IMG/VR virus record: IMGVR_UViG_3300028610_000690
Coordinates: 1 to 29,569 of that record
DNA from: a virus
Taxonomy: Duplodnaviria > Caudoviricetes
DNA length: 29,569 nucleotides
Reading direction: 5' to 3' (one strand)
Part shown: one piece after another, positions 23,747-29,569 of the stretch
How the letters are laid out: every line of letters starts with the position of its first letter
Position numbering within the stretch: position 1 is the first letter of the stretch
Made by a program: the position numbers and the translations under genes
Notes under the pieces: generated by a model
What the model was told of the DNA's origin: nothing
The model's database searches: none
The model's input: the letters and a program-made list of their open reading frames with translations, nothing else

Positions 23747-25699
23747 CTACTTAGACCAGTGATTAGCTATCGTGACAGAAACCTTATCATCCTTGCCTAC
23801 TGGCACAGTCTTTACGAAGCGATGAAATGCTTCTTTCATAATCTCGGCCTTAACTTCGGCCACGTGATCCGCAATATTCGCAGGGCACTCGGATACTATT
23901 TCGTCATGAACAGGGAACAACAGGCGAGCACCCTCAATATCATCATAGGCATCCTGAAGCTGGACAAGAGCTTCCTTAGTAATATCAGCATTGGTTCCCT
24001 GAATAACGTGGTTATTCCCCATTCTGCGGGTAGCCCCCTTAGAACGACGGAAAGCTTCTTCATCTTCGGGGTCAGCCAACTCAAAATACTTCTTTCGACC
24101 CAGAATTGTAGTGGCATATCTATTAGCAACTGTTTCGTAAGCGTTCTTACCCAACCAACGCTTAATACCAGAGTAGGTACGGAAATAGTTGTCCAAGATA
24201 CGCTCGGCTTCGTCCTGAGGAATCTTAAATCGTTCGGCCAACGACCAAGCACTTAACCCATACACAATACCAAAGTTGATAGTCTTGGTCTTGTCCCGGA
24301 AATCACCCACTTTCTTATAGGCGGCAACTTCGGCGGCAGAAAATAAATCTAATAGATTCACATCGGGGTGGTCCTTCTTCTTCAGCTTGAGGTAAATATC
24401 TAACTCGGCATCCGTATAGTCAAATACTTGCTGAGAAGTAATGATGTGTAGATCCTGGTTGGTCCTGAAAATCTCCAAGAACTTGGGATCCTGGCTCTCT
24501 TCCGCAAGGATTCTCAACTCACACTGGCTATAGTCGGCCGTGAGTATCTTGTTCCCCTTTTCTGCCTCAAAGCACTCGCGGAACGAGACCTTTATATCTG
24601 CATCTTCTCGATCCTGGGGAATATTCTGAATATTGGGCTTCTCAGAGCTTAAGCGCCCCGTGTCTGCACCCATTTGATGAAGAGTAAAGTGTAGTCGGTC
24701 GGTGTTTAGGTTGATCTTCTTAAGAATTACCTCTCCGTAAGTGGAAAGCAGCTTGGTGTATGCCCGGTGTTCCAGAATCATCTTAGCAAGCGGGTGCGAC
24801 ACCTTCTTAAGCGCCTTCTCATCTGTATTCTGGAGGTCAATTTTCAACTTACGGAAGGCATCCATCAACTGGTCAGGGCTCTTAATATTCACTGTGTTCG
24901 TACCGAACAGAGTGTTTTGATCTGATAGAGGGGCCAGAATCTCTGACATATCCTTCTCAAGACCGTCGGCTAAACCCTTAGCATCAGAAAGAATCCTACG
25001 CCATTTGACCTTGTTAATGAACACACCATTTAGTTCCATCTCAGCTGCAGGTCGGACAAATGCAAATTCTAATGTCGCTGTATCTATAAGATCCTCATCC
25101 ACCAAAGCCTGGCTCAGGATATCACACAGGGGCTGGAGTACAACGATGTCGTCAGCCGCGTATCGAAGCTGGTCAGTACTAAACTCCTTGTTGTACTGCT
25201 GGTTGGCAAAGGTCTCGCGGATCGACTTGTCTAGGGCAATTCCTAGGTACTTCTTAGAGAGGAAGTCTAGACTCTTATAGGGCCAGTGCCTCTTACTTTT
25301 GTCTCTGAATCCAGCGGGTACGAACCCACCTTGCCCGTTCTCAATCAACCCGGAGGTTAAGGAACGATATGCTAGCATAGTATCGAAGATGTTCTTGAGA
25401 ACAATACCAGTATCCAGAATGGTAGACTGGTAATCAAACTTAGCGTTGTGGAGAATCTTGAGAATACTCTCCGATTCCAGGAGCTCTCTAAGCACCTGGG
25501 CATCAATCTTTCTGGGGTCAAAGAGGTAGGTTACTTCCTCTGTTCCCAACTGCATCAACAGCAACCGAGAGAACTTCCCGATCAACTTCAAACCTGTGGT
25601 CTCAGTATCATACCCCAGACGATCATGTTTCATCAGAAAATCAACCGCTTCTTGTGCTTGCCTGTCGTCGTCTACATATACATATTCTTTGTTAGTCAC
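23747..25699 (-). CDS. polA: Family A DNA polymerase (3'-5' exonuclease plus polymerase, no 5'-3' nuclease domain)
   Basis: DTETTG, HNAKFD and YAADD exo motifs; TGRLSS..PNIQNIP; motif A DYSQCELR, motif B KTINFGIVYG, motif C VHDE. Confidence 0.96.
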   Translation of the reverse strand: MTNKEYVYVDDDRQAQEAVDFLMKHDRLGYDTETTGLKLIGKFSRLLLMQLGTEEVTYLFDPRKIDAQVLRELLESESILKILHNAKFDYQSTILDTGIVLKNIFDTMLAYRSLTSGLIENGQGGFVPAGFRDKSKRHWPYKSLDFLSKKYLGIALDKSIRETFANQQYNKEFSTDQLRYAADDIVVLQPLCDILSQALVDEDLIDTATLEFAFVRPAAEMELNGVFINKVKWRRILSDAKGLADGLEKDMSEILAPLSDQNTLFGTNTVNIKSPDQLMDAFRKLKIDLQNTDEKALKKVSHPLAKMILEHRAYTKLLSTYGEVILKKINLNTDRLHFTLHQMGADTGRLSSEKPNIQNIPQDREDADIKVSFRECFEAEKGNKILTADYSQCELRILAEESQDPKFLEIFRTNQDLHIITSQQVFDYTDAELDIYLKLKKKDHPDVNLLDLFSAAEVAAYKKVGDFRDKTKTINFGIVYGLSAWSLAERFKIPQDEAERILDNYFRTYSGIKRWLGKNAYETVANRYATTILGRKKYFELADPEDEEAFRRSKGATRRMGNNHVIQGTNADITKEALVQLQDAYDDIEGARLLFPVHDEIVSECPANIADHVAEVKAEIMKEAFHRFVKTVPVGKDDKVSVTIANHWSK

Positions 25700-26588
25700 G
25701 TAGTTCCTTCTTTCTATTTTTAATCAGTTTCAACAGTTCCGTATCAAAGTCTGCTTTGCATTCGAATTTCAAAATCTGTTTGGCAGGGGCGGGGTCTGCT
25801 ACAGAATCGTATACTCTTACGGCTGGGTGTTCTAGGTATTTCAATCCTCCCCCAAACTCCACCAGCCCGCGTATTTTTTCAACCAAATCCCTAGTAGTAA
25901 TAGGTGCACCCGGCCCTATATCTACGTTAAACAAAGATAGTTTGGACCTGACAGCAAGCTTACATGCCCTAACTGCGTCAGAAATATGGACGTAATCCTT
26001 TTGTTTAGCCACATCAAATACAGCTATGGGCCTGTCCACTACCATGCTATCTACGAGAAAGTTGACCAACGAATTAGAGCTTTGGACAGCACTTATCCCA
26101 TAGATTTCAGAGAATCGGAGGATACCCAGTTGAATATTTACTACCGGACAGACCGATTCCAAAAGTTTCTCTGATGCCCGTTTACAAATTCCATGATGAG
26201 ATGTGGGATTCCTCACAGCTTCCGAAGATGCAAACACAATCTTCTTTGGTTTACAATTATCACGCATACAGGTCTCTAACAGATTCGCTGTGCCTATGTA
26301 GTTAACTTCTGCACACATACGAAACTCTCCTAAAGTTTCTGGGCGAGTAGTATGTGCAGCTAAATGAACAATAACATCGGGCTTGGCACGTTCCACAGCT
26401 CTAGAGATAGAATAGAAATCCTTGATGTTTCCTACAATCGTCTCTTTAATCTTATCTCTGGGAAGTTTTTCAGGGGCGCCGGCCATAAAGTTATCGAAAA
26501 TATATACTTCGTTTTTCTTTCCCTTACCCAATTCTGCTACTAACTCACTCCCTAAAAAACCTCCGCCCCCTGTGATCAGATATCGCAT
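25692..26588 (-). CDS. NAD-dependent epimerase/dehydratase (extended SDR) with an atypical active site
   Basis: TGGGGFLG, HLAA, N..GT.NLLE, FASS, DYVHISD; the YxxxK position reads HGICK. Confidence 0.88.
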   Translation of the reverse strand: MRYLITGGGGFLGSELVAELGKGKKNEVYIFDNFMAGAPEKLPRDKIKETIVGNIKDFYSISRAVERAKPDVIVHLAAHTTRPETLGEFRMCAEVNYIGTANLLETCMRDNCKPKKIVFASSEAVRNPTSHHGICKRASEKLLESVCPVVNIQLGILRFSEIYGISAVQSSNSLVNFLVDSMVVDRPIAVFDVAKQKDYVHISDAVRACKLAVRSKLSLFNVDIGPGAPITTRDLVEKIRGLVEFGGGLKYLEHPAVRVYDSVADPAPAKQILKFECKADFDTELLKLIKNRKKELRD

Positions 26589-27541
26589 TATTCCTCATAG
26601 CCTAGAAGATCCAGATAGCGAGCAAATGCCCGTAATTCTCCAGAAGCTTCCCCCTCCACCCCCTCATTATGCGTTCTATACTTGAATGCCCAGTCAATAA
26701 ATTCTGGACAGACTTCCTTTGAAACAAGGAGGCCATTCAGCTTACTAAATATTCCCGTTTCTGGATGATTTTTTGATATAATCTTCATCAATTCCTGCCA
26801 CTCGGGAGTCTTAAAGCCTTCCTCTACAGGAGTGGAGGGCCACTCTCCTGAGATAAAATAGTTACGGCAAGCATTACGCAGTTCATCCGTAGTACTTTTG
26901 ATGTGGTAGTAATGAGCATCCACCCGAGCCACCGGGCCCCTTAAACCGCAGAGTGCCTGGTGGAGATGTATCTTATAGGTAAGGTTAGGGTTCCACTTAT
27001 AGAACATCTGACGATAGTACTTATTCGGACCACTGTCTACCCGATTCTCCCAATCACCCTCAACATAAGTGATGTCATTACACTGGAATTCTACGGTATC
27101 AAACTTCGTACCTTTCTCAGACTGCTGAACAATTTCTCTCAAAGACTTGAGTAGACCCTCAGAAGGGACCTCATCGTCATCACAGAGCAAAACCCAACCG
27201 CCCTTAATACTCTTGAGGTACGCATTGTATTGGTTGGCAAAGCTATCATCCCATTCACGTTGGACAACTGTGACTTTATCTCCCAAAGACTGAAGATATT
27301 CGGTGGTACCATCCTTACTAAATCCATCCACAATCACAGCACGGTCTACGTAAGGCAGAACGATGGGCAGATTCCTCTGATTATGTCCCAATCTGTCCTG
27401 TGTGACCACCACATATGTAATAGAATCATCATCCCATTCATAAACATCGGGGGCTGCATTCCCCCCGGTCTCAGATTTCTGAACAGGCACAGGATTGGTG
27501 ACTGTACTGTTACTAAACTGACTAAAGTCAAAAGTACTCAT
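26588..27541 (-). CDS. Glycosyltransferase family 2-like protein
   Basis: VIVDGFSKDGT, WDDSFANQYN, WVLLCDDDE. Confidence 0.85.
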   Translation of the reverse strand: MSTFDFSQFSNSTVTNPVPVQKSETGGNAAPDVYEWDDDSITYVVVTQDRLGHNQRNLPIVLPYVDRAVIVDGFSKDGTTEYLQSLGDKVTVVQREWDDSFANQYNAYLKSIKGGWVLLCDDDEVPSEGLLKSLREIVQQSEKGTKFDTVEFQCNDITYVEGDWENRVDSGPNKYYRQMFYKWNPNLTYKIHLHQALCGLRGPVARVDAHYYHIKSTTDELRNACRNYFISGEWPSTPVEEGFKTPEWQELMKIISKNHPETGIFSKLNGLLVSKEVCPEFIDWAFKYRTHNEGVEGEASGELRAFARYLDLLGYEE

Positions 27542-27550
27542 TCTTTACTC

Positions 27551-28456
27551 CTACCAAGTTAGATCGGCACTCGCGGGCCGATCCTTATTATATGCGAAGT
27601 CCCTATTGCCTGCACAACCAAGGTTTAGCTCTGGATGGAGGAAAACATAATAGACTACGAACCACGAACGTGCTTCTGAATTCTCACTGTTACGGTTCAT
27701 CACGAACCAACGAACAATCTTAGGAGGTACTGTACCTGCATACAATAGTTCAGCCATCTGGTCAAAAGTTTCAAGATTGTACTCTTGGCACAGCTGTTTA
27801 AACTCAATCCACGCAGGGGCACTTGTGGTATTTTGGGCTACTTCTGAGGTGGTCCAGTAGTTACGACAACCTCTAATCCACTCACTACCCACGGTTTTGA
27901 CATGAAAGTATCTTAGGGGGGAGTTGGCCATATTCGCTGGTACTGGACGGGCTATCCCAATGTGGGTGCCGGGGGTGTATCGCATCCCAGGATAATGTTT
28001 ATTAAAGTTGGGATTCCAATACCCAGACTTATTCTCATAAACTTCTCCGTCTGGAGCTGTTTGAATGTCGTGAGAGTTAAATCCTACGATATTGACGTCC
28101 TGTTTCTCAGCTTCTGTGGCAATCTTGCGCAAAGAATACAATCCGGGAAGCTCCAGATACTCATCAGAATCTGTAATCAAAAACCAAACTTGTTCCCCTA
28201 CCTCTGCCATGTATTCGTCCAACTTCTCCATGTACAGATCCCGCAAAGCCTTAGGGTCGTACGGCATATTGGTACGAACTACATCAATATTCCACTGTGT
28301 TCCCTCAGATATGAGAAACTCCAGATTCTCCTTGTTCTCTTGATCAGAGCCGTGGAGAATAATTATACTTTTATCCACAAACGGGGCGTGAGTACGTACA
28401 GAGTATATAAACTCATCGTTTCTTCCCCTACATAGCAGAGTCCACGCAATCTTCAT
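27551..28456 (-). CDS. Glycosyltransferase family 2-like protein (divergent paralog)
   Basis: PFVDKSII, WFLITDSDEY; YFHVKT...CRNYW shared with the other two GT2-like ORFs. Confidence 0.65.
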   Translation of the reverse strand: MKIAWTLLCRGRNDEFIYSVRTHAPFVDKSIIILHGSDQENKENLEFLISEGTQWNIDVVRTNMPYDPKALRDLYMEKLDEYMAEVGEQVWFLITDSDEYLELPGLYSLRKIATEAEKQDVNIVGFNSHDIQTAPDGEVYENKSGYWNPNFNKHYPGMRYTPGTHIGIARPVPANMANSPLRYFHVKTVGSEWIRGCRNYWTTSEVAQNTTSAPAWIEFKQLCQEYNLETFDQMAELLYAGTVPPKIVRWFVMNRNSENSEARSWFVVYYVFLHPELNLGCAGNRDFAYNKDRPASADLTW

Positions 28457-29100
28457 TATTCAATCTCCTTAATCACTCTGCACGGGTTGCCGTGGGCAAC
28501 CACACCAGAGGGAATGTCGTTAACGACCACGGAACCAGCGCCGATGATCGTATCCGTACCTATTATAATCCCTGGACACACACAACTACCTACCCCTATA
28601 AGGGTACGGTCGCCAATCTTTACAGCTCCGCAAAGATTCACTCCCGGGGCAATGTGCGTATAGTTTCCTATTTCACAGTCGTGGTCCACCGTAGCGCCTG
28701 TGTTTATGATGCAGAAATCTCCCAGTACGACGTCAGGATTGACTGCTGCTTTGGCAAAAACCACTGTCCCAAGCCCCACCGCAACGTTGCGAGAAACGTA
28801 AGATGCGGGGTGACGAACAGCACTAAATATAAGTGGTTTTCCAGAACTTTTCAACCTCTTTACCATCTTTTCTCGGGAATAATTATCCCCGATACCCACA
28901 AGCACCTGAGACCGTTCGGGAATTTCCTCAGGAAGAACGTCATCCCAATTGTCAGGATTATCATCTACGAAAAAGCAGTCGATTCCTCGTGTTCTAGCAG
29001 TAGTTTCGATCAGAACGTCTCGTATAACACGGCCGTGGCCCCCAGCCCCTACTATATATACAATATTGTTATCCGTAAAATGCTCGAACTGTATTAACAA
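28456..29100 (-). CDS. NeuD/PglD-family sugar acetyltransferase (hexapeptide repeat)
   Basis: GAGGHGRVI, IGDNYSR, HP, NTGATVDHDC, hexapeptide repeats, GNPCRVI. Likely TTG start at 29100 after GAGGTGGAG; the track start at 29115 is also possible. Confidence 0.92.
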   Translation of the reverse strand: MLIQFEHFTDNNIVYIVGAGGHGRVIRDVLIETTARTRGIDCFFVDDNPDNWDDVLPEEIPERSQVLVGIGDNYSREKMVKRLKSSGKPLIFSAVRHPASYVSRNVAVGLGTVVFAKAAVNPDVVLGDFCIINTGATVDHDCEIGNYTHIAPGVNLCGAVKIGDRTLIGVGSCVCPGIIIGTDTIIGAGSVVVNDIPSGVVAHGNPCRVIKEIE

Positions 29101-29569
29101 TGTACTCCACCTCACTATCAGTTAATGCGGGGTAAAGGGGAAGAGCAAGACAGGTGGCGGCAAGCCTACGAGCGTTGTCCGCGCTGTGTTCAATTCCCTT
29201 AAATGAGCCCATATCCGGGATGGCCGGCTCAAAATATCGTTTAGTTCCAATACCCTGTTCCTGAATAAAAATGTCTAACTTATCTCTTTCTTCTGTAGTT
29301 TCCGTAAACAACACACAATCTTTGTAGGATACAGTATGAACCCCCTCTCGGGTCTCCCACATCCTAACCGGGAGGGCATCAAAGCTATCCCGATAGAATT
29401 CCATGATCTGCCGACGTCGATTTCGAGTTCTATTAAATTGTTTCAGCGCATGATAAGCCAGAATAGAGTTAAACTCTTGAATCTTACCATTAATACCACG
29501 AATTCGGGTATCTAAGCTGTTAAACTTGCCGTGGGAAGAACTATCTCGTAACTCATTGTACAGCTCACG
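29069..29569 (-). CDS. DegT/DnrJ/EryC1/StrS sugar aminotransferase, C-terminal part
   Basis: Frame open to the right edge (RELYNELRD...GINGKIQEFNSILA...RNRRRQI); C-terminal CLALPLYPALTDSEVEYIV. Confidence 0.9.
   Translation of the reverse strand, partial: RELYNELRDSSSHGKFNSLDTRIRGINGKIQEFNSILAYHALKQFNRTRNRRRQIMEFYRDSFDALPVRMWETREGVHTVSYKDCVLFTETTEERDKLDIFIQEQGIGTKRYFEPAIPDMGSFKGIEHSADNARRLAATCLALPLYPALTDSEVEYIVNTVRAFYG

Noticed and set aside
20249-25699. Inteins or introns in nrdJ and polA
   Set aside because: Both ORFs are continuous and of ordinary length; the insertions are short and lack C/S...HN splice termini or LAGLIDADG motifs.
167-29097. The many plus-strand ORFs in the track (e.g. 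20726..21460, 28492..29097, 7586..7837, 6222..6518)
   Set aside because: They are antisense shadows of well-supported minus-strand genes or RNAs and have no recognisable motifs.
1-29569. Alternative genetic code (stop-codon recoding seen in some large phages)
   Set aside because: Conserved genes are full length in code 11, and TAA, TAG and TGA all occur as stops at tight gene junctions.

Overview
Gene-dense window with about 50 CDSs, all on the minus strand, with GGAG(G) ribosome-binding sites and three near-consensus sigma70 promoters. It is most consistent with the replication/accessory region of a large bacteriophage; this is inferred, since no virion genes or termini are in view. In transcription order (right to left) it holds: a nucleotide-sugar/glycosylation cluster (DegT aminotransferase, NeuD/PglD-like acetyltransferase, two GT2-like proteins, epimerase), family A DNA polymerase, DUF192, class II ribonucleotide reductase, HNH/NUMOD3 endonuclease, ClpP, RNase HII, PyrE-like PRTase, MutM, DHH phosphoesterase, amino-DNA methyltransferase, EndoVII, many small Cys-rich ORFs, PhoH, a cytidylyltransferase, a Rad52/Sak-like annealing protein, a single-ring Clp ATPase with an LGF loop and a third GT2-like paralog. 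The main result is a circularly permuted (two-piece) tmRNA gene at about 7496-7812, invisible to the ORF track. It has a G3.U70 Ala acceptor stem, a T-arm, pseudoknot 1 and a 28-aa tag ending AIAA. With ClpP and a ClpP-docking ATPase in the same window, this suggests an element-encoded tag-and-degrade system. A second, unidentified structured RNA-like region lies at about 6275-6460. All calls come from reading motifs by eye; no searches were run.
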